From Candidatus Aminicenantales bacterium (GTDB taxonomy: Bacteria > Acidobacteriota > Aminicenantia > Aminicenantales > UBA4085), in the NCBI GenBank assembly GCA_049515535.1, contig JBEKTZ010000004.1:62001-126000 (forward strand): DNA of 64,000 bases. The letters are read 5' to 3'. The notes under the pieces are model-generated. The model ran no database searches. It was not told where the DNA came from and saw only the letters and a program-made list of their open reading frames with translations. Each line of letters starts with the position of its first letter. Position 1 is the first letter of the stretch. Below, one piece after another: positions 29,020-38,346 of the stretch. Made by a program: the position numbers and the translations under genes.

Positions 29020-30678
29020 ATGACAATCAAAACGAGATTCATCGCGACGTTAGCCATTTTGATCATAGCCGCCGCCGGCAGCCTGGGGGCTGCGACGATC
29101 GGTTCCCCGAATCCCGGGGTCGATGACAAGAAGATCGAGGACATAACGAAAATGGTCGCCCCGTCCGTCGTGAAGGTCGAAGCCCGGAACGGCATGCGCA
29201 AGGTCGCCACGGGCGTCATCATTGACAAAGAAGGATTCATCATCACCACGGCGCTCGTCTCTCCCCGCGACGAGGAGATCAGCGTCATAACTTCGGACGG
29301 GAGACGGATCCCGGCCGAATTCAAAGGCCTCGATACGCAGACCCAGATCGGCCTCGTCCAGGTCAAGGAGAAAGGCTTGACCCCCATCGCCATGGGCAAA
29401 TCGGGCGACCTGAAACCGGGCAGCTGGATAGGCGTCGTCAGTCTCTCGCCGGAAAACACGGCGGCGGTCACGCAGGGCATCGTCAGCTCCGTGGCGGCCG
29501 ACAAGCTGCGTTTGAACGTCTGGGTTGTTCCCGGCATGAGCGGGAGCCCGGTGATCAACGGATCCGGCCAGATGGTCGGCCTGCTGCGCGGAGCCTATAC
29601 GGACCAACAGCCCGTCGTTTTCGAGTTCCGCGAACAGCAGATCGTCGGATCCGGGACGGTTATCAGCCGGGCCGAAGCTCCTTCTTCAGGCATGGCCCTG
29701 GCCATTCCCCTCGACATCGTCAATTCCGTCGCCTCGGACCTCGAGAAGAAAGGCAAGGTCGAGCGCGGCTGGCTGGGCGTTCGAGTCGGCGAAAGGGACG
29801 GCAAGCTCGAGGTCGCCACCATTGAGCCCAAAAGTCCGGCTGAGCTGGCCAAGATCAAAGAAGGCGACATCATTCTCAAGATCGACGGCAAAGACATCGC
29901 CTCGGGAGAGGCGCTGTCTTCGGAAGTCAGGAGCCGCCGGCCCGGTCAGGACGTCACGATCCGAATCGAACGCGACGGCAAGCCGATGGATGTCAAGGCC
30001 AAGCTCGGCGAATACACCGAAGAAGAGGCTCAGCGCGAACTGACCTTGTCCTTCCCGAATCTCTTTCCGCCCCAAAACATCGCGCCTCCCGGAAATCCGA
30101 GATTCAAGGACTTGCCGAGAACCCGGGTTCCCGACAGGTTTGCCCTGGAAAGCAGAAAATTCGTCGGCGTGGCGCTCCGGCCATTGAGCCAGGAGATGTC
30201 CTCCTTTTTCGGGGTCAAGGACGGGATCGGATTTCTCGTTGAAGAGGTCGCAGCGGACGGCCCGGCCAAGAAAGCGGGCCTCAAAATCGGCGACGTCATT
30301 CTCAAGGCCGACGGCAAGCGTCTCGATGCCGTGACCGATTTGAGCGAGATGATCCAGAATAGGAAGAAAGGAGACAAGGTCAGGATCGAATTCATCCGGG
30401 ACAAGAAGCCGATGACATTGGACGTCGAGGTGGGGGAGGAAGAACGCGGTCCCGAGGACCTCTTTCGCAGCTTTCCAAATTTCTCTTTGGATATGACGGA
30501 TTTCATGATGGGAAATGACTCATCGAATCAGAATCCGATGGACGAGTTCTATCAAAGAAATCAGGAAACGATCAAGAGAATTACGGATGAGATGGAGAAA
30601 AGGGCCAAACAACGGAACGATAAATTCGAGCGGATCATCGATATTCTGAGCAATCCCTTGGAAAGCGAGCGGATCTGA
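29020..30678 (+). CDS. HtrA/DegQ-like trypsin-fold protein with two PDZ domains, degenerate catalytic triad
   Basis: PSVVKV, ATGVII, PGMSGSP, RGWLGV and SPAELA.IKEGDII motifs; signal peptide. Confidence 0.88.
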   Translation: MTIKTRFIATLAILIIAAAGSLGAATIGSPNPGVDDKKIEDITKMVAPSVVKVEARNGMRKVATGVIIDKEGFIITTALVSPRDEEISVITSDGRRIPAEFKGLDTQTQIGLVQVKEKGLTPIAMGKSGDLKPGSWIGVVSLSPENTAAVTQGIVSSVAADKLRLNVWVVPGMSGSPVINGSGQMVGLLRGAYTDQQPVVFEFREQQIVGSGTVISRAEAPSSGMALAIPLDIVNSVASDLEKKGKVERGWLGVRVGERDGKLEVATIEPKSPAELAKIKEGDIILKIDGKDIASGEALSSEVRSRRPGQDVTIRIERDGKPMDVKAKLGEYTEEEAQRELTLSFPNLFPPQNIAPPGNPRFKDLPRTRVPDRFALESRKFVGVALRPLSQEMSSFFGVKDGIGFLVEEVAADGPAKKAGLKIGDVILKADGKRLDAVTDLSEMIQNRKKGDKVRIEFIRDKKPMTLDVEVGEEERGPEDLFRSFPNFSLDMTDFMMGNDSSNQNPMDEFYQRNQETIKRITDEMEKRAKQRNDKFERIIDILSNPLESERI

Positions 30679-30733
30679 TTCTATCAGTAGGGCCGAACGA
30701 GTCGTCCGAAACGGCCGAGGAGGCCTTTGATTT

Positions 30734-31315
30734 TCATAAATCGAGCCACTTGCGGAGATAATCCTCGAATTCTTCCGGGGAAAGCCGCGCCTCCTTGAAA
30801 TAGCCTTTCCCCAGTCTCTGTCGCAAGGCTTCATAGAGGACGATTCCCACCGACACCGAAAGATTCAAGCTTTGGACCATACCGAACATCGGGATCTTGA
30901 TCTTATAGTCGGCGAGGCGAAGCGCCTCCAGGGAAATCCCTTCGGATTCGCTGCCGAAGACGACGGCGATCGACTGCGCGTAGTCCACGTTCGTGTATTC
31001 CAGAGCCTCTTGACCGAGGTGCGTGACAGCAATCTTAGAGCCCTTCTCTTTCAAGGACCTCAAACAGTCCTCGGTCGAGCGATAATAATGATAACTCAGC
31101 CATTTGTCGGCGCGCGTCGTGATCGCGCTGTTGAGCGGAAGGGGATCGTCCTTCGAGCCGATGATATCCACGTTCAGAATGCCGGCCGCGTCGCATGTCC
31201 GAAGGACGGCGCTGGCGTTATGGACGTTGGTGACTTCTTCGAGAACGACCCGAAGATCCGGCTGGCGGCAGGACAGGACCTGCTTGATCCTGGCGATGCG
31301 CTCGTCCGTCGGCAT
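30734..31315 (-). CDS. trmH: tRNA (guanosine-2'-O)-methyltransferase, TrmH family
   Basis: HNASAVLRTCDA, FGSESEGIS and IPMFGMVQSLNLSV SPOUT motifs. Confidence 0.9.
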   Translation of the reverse strand: MPTDERIARIKQVLSCRQPDLRVVLEEVTNVHNASAVLRTCDAAGILNVDIIGSKDDPLPLNSAITTRADKWLSYHYYRSTEDCLRSLKEKGSKIAVTHLGQEALEYTNVDYAQSIAVVFGSESEGISLEALRLADYKIKIPMFGMVQSLNLSVSVGIVLYEALRQRLGKGYFKEARLSPEEFEDYLRKWLDL

Positions 31316-31327
31316 GATTCGTTCCGA

Positions 31328-31879
31328 TCAGAAAATGAGCATCCGGGCGATGAGGACGCCCCAGATGACCGCGGCGCCGATCAGCGCGCGGAATTCCTTG
31401 TTTTTCCGATAGAGCCCGCCGTCGAAGGTCATCCCGTTCGATGATATCCGGCGCTTCAATCTCGGGAAGAAAAGAGGGACCTTTTTCTTGTAGTCCGCGT
31501 ATTCTTCGGGGAAGAGCCGCTTCATGCGCTCCTTTTCTTCCTGGATGACGGGCGGGTAAAAAACGAGAAAATAGGCGGCGAAGAGCCCGGCGCTCCACCA
31601 GGAGCACGCACCGATTGCGATACTCAGGCCAAGGATGAAATTGCCCAGATAAAGAGGATTCCGCGTATATCGATAAGGGCCGGAGACGGCCAGCTCTTTT
31701 TCCTTTTTGATATGTCCTGAAGCCCAGGCCCGGATAAGCAGGCCGAAGGCGCAGACGGCGATTCCGATAAGGATCGACGGCCATTTCGGCCGGCTCAGAA
31801 TTAGGATGGCGACGAGGACGAAGAACGCAGAGCGGACCCTCCAGCGATAAATCTTTTTAATGATGCTGTCGTCAGGCAT
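31328..31879 (-). CDS. Isoprenylcysteine carboxyl methyltransferase (ICMT/PEMT) family membrane protein
   Basis: GPYRYTRNPLYLGN, EE..M..LF.EEY..Y...VP.FFP. Confidence 0.85.
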   Translation of the reverse strand: MPDDSIIKKIYRWRVRSAFFVLVAILILSRPKWPSILIGIAVCAFGLLIRAWASGHIKKEKELAVSGPYRYTRNPLYLGNFILGLSIAIGACSWWSAGLFAAYFLVFYPPVIQEEKERMKRLFPEEYADYKKKVPLFFPRLKRRISSNGMTFDGGLYRKNKEFRALIGAAVIWGVLIARMLIF

Positions 31880-32849
31880 TGTCTTCCAGGGCGGATTGAA
31901 TGAGCGGCACGACGTCTTCGGGTTTCACGAGTTTCATGCATTTCAGGCTGTCGCAGGAGCTCCGATAGCAGAGGCTGCAGTCGATCTCATGATACGCGGT
32001 TTTGTCCCTCGCCAGGAAAGGTCCGTTGCGGGACGGGTTCGTCGGGCCGAAAACCCCGACGACTGGAACGGAAAGGGCGCAAGCCGCCTGTAGAGCGAAC
32101 GTATCGCCGCTCACGAGCACAGCGGCATCTGCCACGAGCGCCAGGATTTCCTTGACGGTCAAAAAGGGGACCATGGGCACGCCGGTGGCCCGATGAATGT
32201 CTCCGGCCGTCTTTTCCTCTTCGGACGTGCCCCAGAGCAGGAGGGGGGCGATATCGGCCGAGCCCAGCTTTTTAAGGACGGCGATCCAGTTTTCGGCAGG
32301 CCAGCGCTTTGTCGGCCAGGCCGCTCCGACATTGAACAACACGAGTTTCCGGCCCGCGCGCGATTCGATTTTTTGCCGGACCGAAGCGCGGATCTCCGGC
32401 GGAATGACGAGCGGAAACTCGAATTGATCCTCCACGACGCCGACAAGGCGAAGCAGTTTCAGATTTTTGCGGATGACGTGTTCGGTCTCGGAGATTTCTT
32501 CGAGCCGGTCGGTATAGAACATGGAGGCCAATGGTTCTTTGAGATTTCTCCGGCCGAACCCGATCCTTTTTCGGGACCGGGAAAGCCAGGCGATGAATCC
32601 GGACTTGAGGAGGCCTTGAAAATCGAGGACGGTTTGATCGGCCTGCCTGATTTTCCGGCGCCATCCCGGCGATCCGACGACGATCGTCGCATCGATACTC
32701 GGAACAAAATCCAGGATCTCCTTGCCCTTTTGTCCGACGGCCCAGGCGATCTTCGCCGCGGGAAAGCCCTTCCTCAGAGCGGCCAATGCCGGCAGCGTAT
32801 GGATGATGTCGCCCAGCGAACTTGTCCGGATGATAAGAAAATTTTCCAT
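31872..32849 (-). CDS. LPS heptosyltransferase (GT9, WaaC-like)
   Basis: SSLGDIIH, DFQGLLKS, GAAWPTKRW and FGPT motifs. Confidence 0.9.
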   Translation of the reverse strand: MENFLIIRTSSLGDIIHTLPALAALRKGFPAAKIAWAVGQKGKEILDFVPSIDATIVVGSPGWRRKIRQADQTVLDFQGLLKSGFIAWLSRSRKRIGFGRRNLKEPLASMFYTDRLEEISETEHVIRKNLKLLRLVGVVEDQFEFPLVIPPEIRASVRQKIESRAGRKLVLFNVGAAWPTKRWPAENWIAVLKKLGSADIAPLLLWGTSEEEKTAGDIHRATGVPMVPFLTVKEILALVADAAVLVSGDTFALQAACALSVPVVGVFGPTNPSRNGPFLARDKTAYHEIDCSLCYRSSCDSLKCMKLVKPEDVVPLIQSALEDNA

Positions 32850-32852
32850 GGG

Positions 32853-33353
32853 CTATTTCTTGCCCCGACGCTGGAGCCCGCGCATTTTGGCCAGGATCCG
32901 GGGGATGACCTCGGATGTCGAGCGGATCTTGGGCCCGCCCGCGATGGCGATTTTCCCTCCGTAGGCGAGGACCGTCCTTCGTTCCGGAACGGTCCGCCTC
33001 GTGTAATCCGATCCCTTGGCGTGAACATCGGGCTTCAAAGCCAGCAGGACCCTTTCGACGTTCGACTCTCTGAAGATGGTGACGTAATCCACGCAGGAGA
33101 ACGCGGAGAGGACGTCGGCGCGTTCCCGCTCAGGAAGGATCGGCCGGCCTTTCCCTTTGAGTTTCCGGACCGAGGAATCGCTGTTCAGGGCCACGATGAG
33201 GATGTCTCCCAGTTTTTTTGCGGCCTCTAAGTACCGGATATGGCCGGCGTGGACGAGATCGAATCCTCCGTTGGCCAGGACGATGGACCGGCCCCTTTTC
33301 CGTTCTAAAGCGACGATTTTCTTGAGCTGTTCGAGCGTTTTGAGTTTTGTCAA
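32853..33353 (-). CDS. ADP-heptose synthase, adenylyltransferase domain (HldC/RfaE2)
   Basis: NGGFDLVHAGH, ALNSDSSV..LKG.GRP and KGSDY motifs. Confidence 0.92.
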   Translation of the reverse strand: MTKLKTLEQLKKIVALERKRGRSIVLANGGFDLVHAGHIRYLEAAKKLGDILIVALNSDSSVRKLKGKGRPILPERERADVLSAFSCVDYVTIFRESNVERVLLALKPDVHAKGSDYTRRTVPERRTVLAYGGKIAIAGGPKIRSTSEVIPRILAKMRGLQRRGKK

Positions 33354-34357
33354 TTTTCGGCGATGATGGCTTGTTTGAGCTCGAGCGGCGTCACCGTGGC
33401 CGTGCCTTTTTTCATGACCACGATGCCGCCGGCGTAATTGGCCAGGCGGGCGGCCTGGACGAACGAGGCGCCGCAGGTCAGGGCGGCCGTGAAGACACTG
33501 ATGACGGTATCGCCGGCTCCGGTGACGTCGACGATGTCCGAAGTGCCGAAGATGGGGAGCAGGATCGGCGGCGATCCTTTTTGGAAAAGGGCCATCCCCC
33601 TGGAGCCGAGAGTGATGAGAAGGGCGGGAGATTCGAGCTTTTTGAGAAGTCGTTTCCCGGCCTCTATTAAAAGATCGTCATTGTCGCCGAGGCGGGTTTT
33701 TAGGGCCTCCTCGACCTCGGGCTCGTTCGGCGTGGCAATGGTCGCGCCTTTGAACGAGAGGAGGCGGAAGCGCGAATCGATGGTCACAGGCAGGCCGGCT
33801 TTCTTGAATCCGGGCAGGACGGCCATGAAGAGGTCTTCCTTCACCGTGTCGTAGTGGTAATCCGAGATCAGGAGCGCATCGCAGTCCATTCGCGCTTTTT
33901 GAAGAGCCCGCCGGATTTTTTGTTTCAAGGCCGCGGCGTCGGGAACCCGTCCCTCGCGGTCGATCCGGAGGATCTGCTGCTTTTTCGTGTTTTCCTCGCC
34001 GGCCAGGATGCGCGTTTTGAGGGGCGTGGGATAGCTTTTCTCGACGATCAGGCCGTCTGTCGCGATGCCGCGCTTTTTCAGGATGGTCTTCACGGCCCGG
34101 CCCGATTCGTCCGCACCGACGATGCCGATGGGCACGGGGTCGACACCCAGCGCTTTAAGGTTGAGCAAGGAATTGCCGGCGCCGCCCAGGGTCAATTCCC
34201 TTTTTTGATAGGAGAGGATCAGAACGGGAGCTTCGCGCGAAATCCTCCTGGTGTTGCCGTATAAATATTCGTCGAGGATGATGTCGCCCCAGACGGCGAT
34301 TCGGACGAGAGGAAACTTGTCGATGATGGCGAAGAGTTTTCGGGTATCTTCTTTCAT
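33350..34357 (-). CDS. Heptose-7-phosphate kinase (HldA/RfaE1)
   Basis: GD.ILDEY..G...RISREAPV, TPNEPE and DVTGAGDTV motifs. Confidence 0.92.
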   Translation of the reverse strand: MKEDTRKLFAIIDKFPLVRIAVWGDIILDEYLYGNTRRISREAPVLILSYQKRELTLGGAGNSLLNLKALGVDPVPIGIVGADESGRAVKTILKKRGIATDGLIVEKSYPTPLKTRILAGEENTKKQQILRIDREGRVPDAAALKQKIRRALQKARMDCDALLISDYHYDTVKEDLFMAVLPGFKKAGLPVTIDSRFRLLSFKGATIATPNEPEVEEALKTRLGDNDDLLIEAGKRLLKKLESPALLITLGSRGMALFQKGSPPILLPIFGTSDIVDVTGAGDTVISVFTAALTCGASFVQAARLANYAGGIVVMKKGTATVTPLELKQAIIAEN

Positions 34358-34413
34358 GGATACGCTCAGCGACAGATTTTTATCAGAATTGGATTAAAAG
34401 GTCAAATATTCCA

Positions 34414-34442
34414 TTGAAAAAAACGCCGAAATAAACTATAAA
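34414..34442 (+). promoter_or_regulatory. Sigma70-type promoter of tRNA-Leu
   Basis: TTGAAA-N17-TATAAA ending 9 nt upstream of the tRNA. Confidence 0.6.
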
Positions 34443-34451
34443 TAAGCCCGC

Positions 34452-34537
34452 GCCGGAGTGGCGGAACTGGCAGACGCGCGGGACTCAAAATCCCGTCCCT
34501 GGAAACAGGGGTGTGGGTTCGATTCCCTCCTCCGGCA
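34452..34537 (+). tRNA. tRNA-Leu(CAA)
   Basis: Acceptor GCCGGAG/CTCCGGC, anticodon arm CGGGA-CTCAAAA-TCCCG, long variable arm, GTTCGA; followed by CTA, so CCA not encoded. Confidence 0.96.
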
Positions 34538-34732
34538 CTAATTTTTCCCCTTTTGTAGACCAAAATATCTAAAAAGCCACGGAATCCTTGTGTGTTACGT
34601 ATCAAAACGAAAAATATTGTCAAAAAGCGACCTGATCAGAGGAAAGATCCCTCGTTCTGAGCGATGATTTGCCAAGCCGCGTAAAAGGGAATATCCTATC
34701 CTCAGAATATTTTGACATCAAGGAGAAACTCA

Positions 34733-35770
34733 ATGCGAAGACTATGTGTGTACGCGGCTATGATCGCGATGCTCGTTTCGATCGGATGGGCGCAGCAGGC
34801 GTCAACCCTGGAGCTTTACAAAGTGATCAAGACGGCCAAGGTTGGCGGAGCGGGCGGTTTTGACTATGTCTACGCGGACGTCGCCGGACGCCGGTTGTAC
34901 ATTCCGCGGACCGGTCCCACTCCTCGGGTAACCGTCTTCAACCTCGACACGCTCGAGCCCGTCGGCGAAATTCCCAAGGCCAGCGCGCGTGGAGTCGCCG
35001 TCGACCCCAAATCCAACCACGGCTTCTGCAGCAGTAAGCCCGTCGTGATGTGGGATACGAAGACCCTTGCGACGATCAAGACCATCGACGTGCAGGGCAA
35101 CCCGGACGGCATTTTGTTCGATCCTTTCAACGAGCGGGTTTATGTGTTCAGTCACAGCGCACCGAATGCGACGGTGATTGACGCGAAAGACGGCTCCGTG
35201 GTCGGCACGATCGACCTGGGCGGCGCGCCGGAACAAGGCGTCACAGACGGCAAGGGCCATTTGTATGTCGACCTCGAAGACAAAGACAACGTCGCTGTCG
35301 TCGACGCGAAGACACTTACGGTAACCGCCCACTACGACCTCGGCGGCAAGGGCGGAGGGCCGGCCGGGCTGGCCTTCGACGTGAAGAATAACATTCTCTT
35401 TGCCGCCTGCCATGCCCCCGCAACGATGGTGGTTCTCAATGCCAGCGACGGCAAGATCATCGCCACCTTGCCGATCGGCACCGGAGTCGATGGCGCCGTA
35501 TTCAATCCGGCGACGATGGAAGCCTTCAGCTCGCAAGGCGATGGCACTCTGACCGTCGTCAAGGAAAACAGCCCAACCAGCTTTGTCGTTGCCCAGAACG
35601 TGCCAACCCAGCGGAGCGCGAAAACTCTGACGCTGGACACCAAGACGAATCGGATTCTTCTCATCGCCGCTGAATACACTCCTCCGCCCACGCCGCCGCC
35701 GGCTGGAGGACGAGGCGGCCGAGGCCAGATGGTGCCGGATTCGTTTTCGATTATCGTGGTGGGCAAATAA
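34733..35770 (+). CDS. Secreted YncE/YVTN-like beta-propeller protein
   Basis: Signal peptide; GGFDY..D...RRLY, repeated blades (NPDGILFDP, GPAGLAFD); AAGGAG RBS. Confidence 0.85.
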   Translation: MRRLCVYAAMIAMLVSIGWAQQASTLELYKVIKTAKVGGAGGFDYVYADVAGRRLYIPRTGPTPRVTVFNLDTLEPVGEIPKASARGVAVDPKSNHGFCSSKPVVMWDTKTLATIKTIDVQGNPDGILFDPFNERVYVFSHSAPNATVIDAKDGSVVGTIDLGGAPEQGVTDGKGHLYVDLEDKDNVAVVDAKTLTVTAHYDLGGKGGGPAGLAFDVKNNILFAACHAPATMVVLNASDGKIIATLPIGTGVDGAVFNPATMEAFSSQGDGTLTVVKENSPTSFVVAQNVPTQRSAKTLTLDTKTNRILLIAAEYTPPPTPPPAGGRGGRGQMVPDSFSIIVVGK

Positions 35771-35860
35771 TTCCGCATCTCACCCAAAAATCTTGATCTA
35801 CAAGAGAAGTAGAGGAGCTATCGGCAATTTCGGGTCGGGCCTCTCCGAATGCAAATGAGG

Positions 35861-38179
35861 CTATATAATGACCTTGACCGAAAATCCGGCGGCCGGCGGA
35901 ATCGCCTTGGTTTTGACGCGCAGCACGCCGCGGCGGTCCCGGGCGTCGAAGAACCATCCTTCGGCCGCTTTGTCGAATTCCTCCCGTTTCTCGAAAGCCG
36001 GGACGGACTTGTCGTTCAGCTTGATCGCGGCCGGCTTAGCCGGTAAATGGACGTCCACGACGTAGGACCGGCTCTGCGGCATATCGGCGTATTTGCCCTT
36101 GGCCGGGTCGACCTTGATCGAGATCGTCGCCCCCGCCGTGTCCAGTGTTTTCGGAGCCTCGACTTCGACGAGCGTTCTGGCGAACGCACCGCTCCGATAA
36201 TCCTGCGTCGTGCCGTCGTCCTCGTACAGCGTGAAGCTCGATTTTCCCCAGGGATAGACGTCGAATGTCACCGGGTCCTTGGGTTTCTCGCGATCGTGGA
36301 GCATCTCCGGATACAACGGAATGACGGCGCCGGCCTTGACGAAGACGGGGAGTTTATCGAGAGGCGTTTCGAAACCGTTCAAGATGGTGGGGCCGAAATA
36401 TTCCCGTCCGTCCCAGTAATCGATCCATTTCCCGGCCGGCAGATAGATGTCGTTGCGGATGGGGGAATCTTCGTAGACCGGCGCGACCAGGAGCCATTCG
36501 CCGCTCATGAACTGGTATTGGGTCCGCTTCGACCAGGTCAGCGGGTCATCGGGATACTCGAGGACCATGGCCCGGACCGTCGGCACGCCCGTATCGTATG
36601 CCTCCCGGCAATACGTGTAAATGTAGGGCGTCAGCCGCATCTTCAGCTTCAGGTATTTCCGGTTATACGTCGTGTAGGGCTCGCCGAAGATCCAAGGCTG
36701 TTTCATGAGGTTGGTCTGCTTTGACCAGCCGCTGATAATCATCAGGACGGGGGTGAAGCACTTCCACTCGAGGTCGCGGACCTGGGTCTGGGCGCTGCCG
36801 CCGAAGATGCCGTCCACGTCGCCCGACGCGGCGTTGAATCCCGACAGGCCGGCGCCGATGACCGCCGGGATATGGAAGCGGATGTATTCCCAGTTGCCCG
36901 ACTGGTCGCCCGAAAAAATGGTGGAATAGCGCTGGGCGCCGGCCCAGGCGCACGTCGTCCAGACGAAACCGCGCGCGTTGCTGTTCTTCTCGATGCCTTC
37001 ATAGGCTTCCCGCATGCCGTTCAAGGCGAACTGGTATCCCCGTCCGACCCAGGCCACGTCGAGTTTCATGACGCGCGTGCCGAACTTGCCGACTTCCGTG
37101 GCGATCCGCTCCAACCCCTTTTCCGTCCAGAGTCCCGTATAGAAACCGCGTTTGTGGAGTTCCTGGACCGTATCATCGAGGTCCACGTATCCGCAGCCGT
37201 AGCCGTCATTGGGCAGGATCCAGCCGCCCGGCATGTCGTTGGCGCGATAAACGTCCGCGACCTTCTGGATGACGTCTGGCGTTTTGCCTTTTTTGTTATA
37301 GCAGTCGGCGTCGCCGAACTCCAGGCCCCAGCGGGGCGGAAAGAACGGCCGGCCGGTGACGAGCGTGTAGCCCTCCAGGATTTTTTTCAAGGAAGGCCCG
37401 TAGAAGTAATAGGCATCGAACCGTTGTTCGTCGTGCGACAGGCTGACCGGTTGGAGAAAATCGTATTTGCCCGGCGCCATGGTATTCCGGAAAGCCCCGT
37501 AGCCGGCCGTGCTCATATAAAAGGGGGCCGGGTTGGGGGTCGTGCCGTCGCCCCAGCCGCGGGTATTGAGCCGGATGTTGACGGACGCGTCCCGGTGGGA
37601 GAAATATCCGTTCTGCATGCCGCCGCCGAAGAACGCCTCGTTCTCGCTGCGTTTCAGGGTTTGAACGGTCGAGGGTCCGTAAGACAGGGAGCGGCTTTCC
37701 TGCCAGACTACGACGGCGTTGTCCTTGTCGAAGAGGGCGAAACGAAGGGGCCTTTTATAGACACGGAGAAGACAGTCCTTGGATTCGATCCTGTAGTACT
37801 CGCTCCCGTCGCGCCAGTTGACGGAGATCGGCGCGGGCTTGAAGACGACCATCGGGGCGTCTTCCGGGTTGGCCGGCGGCTCATCGAACTTTCCCTCAGG
37901 GCCCAGCCAGATGCGGAAGATATCGTTACGGTAAAAGACGACCCGGACAAGGTCGGGACCGGCCGCGATCGTGAAAACGTTATCTTTGACGTCAAAGCCC
38001 GTAACATCGCCGAGCGTGATGCTTCGTCCGCGGAGCGGGGCCGCGGGCTTCTGTTGCGGCGGCTTGGCCTGAGCCGTCTGGGCTTGTTGCTGCTGTTTGG
38101 CCTGAACGGGATTGAAACTGACAAAATTCAACCCGGCGATTATGAGAAGGATGAAGATCATGAGTCTTTGCTTTTTCAT
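35861..38179 (-). CDS. GH31 glycosidase, Nag31/CPE1046-like (candidate alpha-N-acetylgalactosaminidase)
   Basis: Signal peptide; WILPNDGYGCGY, KLDVAWVG, AGAQRY..FSGDQ, DVDGIFGG and LYEDDG motifs. Confidence 0.88.
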   Translation of the reverse strand: MKKQRLMIFILLIIAGLNFVSFNPVQAKQQQQAQTAQAKPPQQKPAAPLRGRSITLGDVTGFDVKDNVFTIAAGPDLVRVVFYRNDIFRIWLGPEGKFDEPPANPEDAPMVVFKPAPISVNWRDGSEYYRIESKDCLLRVYKRPLRFALFDKDNAVVVWQESRSLSYGPSTVQTLKRSENEAFFGGGMQNGYFSHRDASVNIRLNTRGWGDGTTPNPAPFYMSTAGYGAFRNTMAPGKYDFLQPVSLSHDEQRFDAYYFYGPSLKKILEGYTLVTGRPFFPPRWGLEFGDADCYNKKGKTPDVIQKVADVYRANDMPGGWILPNDGYGCGYVDLDDTVQELHKRGFYTGLWTEKGLERIATEVGKFGTRVMKLDVAWVGRGYQFALNGMREAYEGIEKNSNARGFVWTTCAWAGAQRYSTIFSGDQSGNWEYIRFHIPAVIGAGLSGFNAASGDVDGIFGGSAQTQVRDLEWKCFTPVLMIISGWSKQTNLMKQPWIFGEPYTTYNRKYLKLKMRLTPYIYTYCREAYDTGVPTVRAMVLEYPDDPLTWSKRTQYQFMSGEWLLVAPVYEDSPIRNDIYLPAGKWIDYWDGREYFGPTILNGFETPLDKLPVFVKAGAVIPLYPEMLHDREKPKDPVTFDVYPWGKSSFTLYEDDGTTQDYRSGAFARTLVEVEAPKTLDTAGATISIKVDPAKGKYADMPQSRSYVVDVHLPAKPAAIKLNDKSVPAFEKREEFDKAAEGWFFDARDRRGVLRVKTKAIPPAAGFSVKVII

Positions 38180-38228
38180 CGTCGGCGAACTCCTCATTCT
38201 TGAATCATGAAACGGTCATCGCCTCAAA

Positions 38229-38257
38229 AAGATATCGTTGTCGCGCGGCGATGTCAA
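38229..38257 (-). promoter_or_regulatory. Sigma70-type promoter of GH31
   Basis: Minus strand TTGACA-N17-TATCTT. Confidence 0.55.
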
Positions 38258-38317
38258 TCGCCGGAACAACCTGAAGCGGACATCGGGACAAGCAATCTCA
38301 TTTGAATTTGACCCTTT

Positions 38318-38346
38318 TTGACAATCGTTGACCCCTATGCTATAAA
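38318..38346 (+). promoter_or_regulatory. Sigma70-type promoter of the dap cluster
   Basis: TTGACA-N17-TATAAA with extended -10 TG. Confidence 0.75.

Noticed and set aside
30675..30725. Hammerhead-like look (CTGA...CGAAAC) between convergent genes
   Set aside because: Core CTGATGA is absent (CTGATTC); more likely simple terminator hairpins.
32853..34357. Split hldE as a novelty
   Set aside because: Separate HldA and HldC genes are already known in several bacteria.
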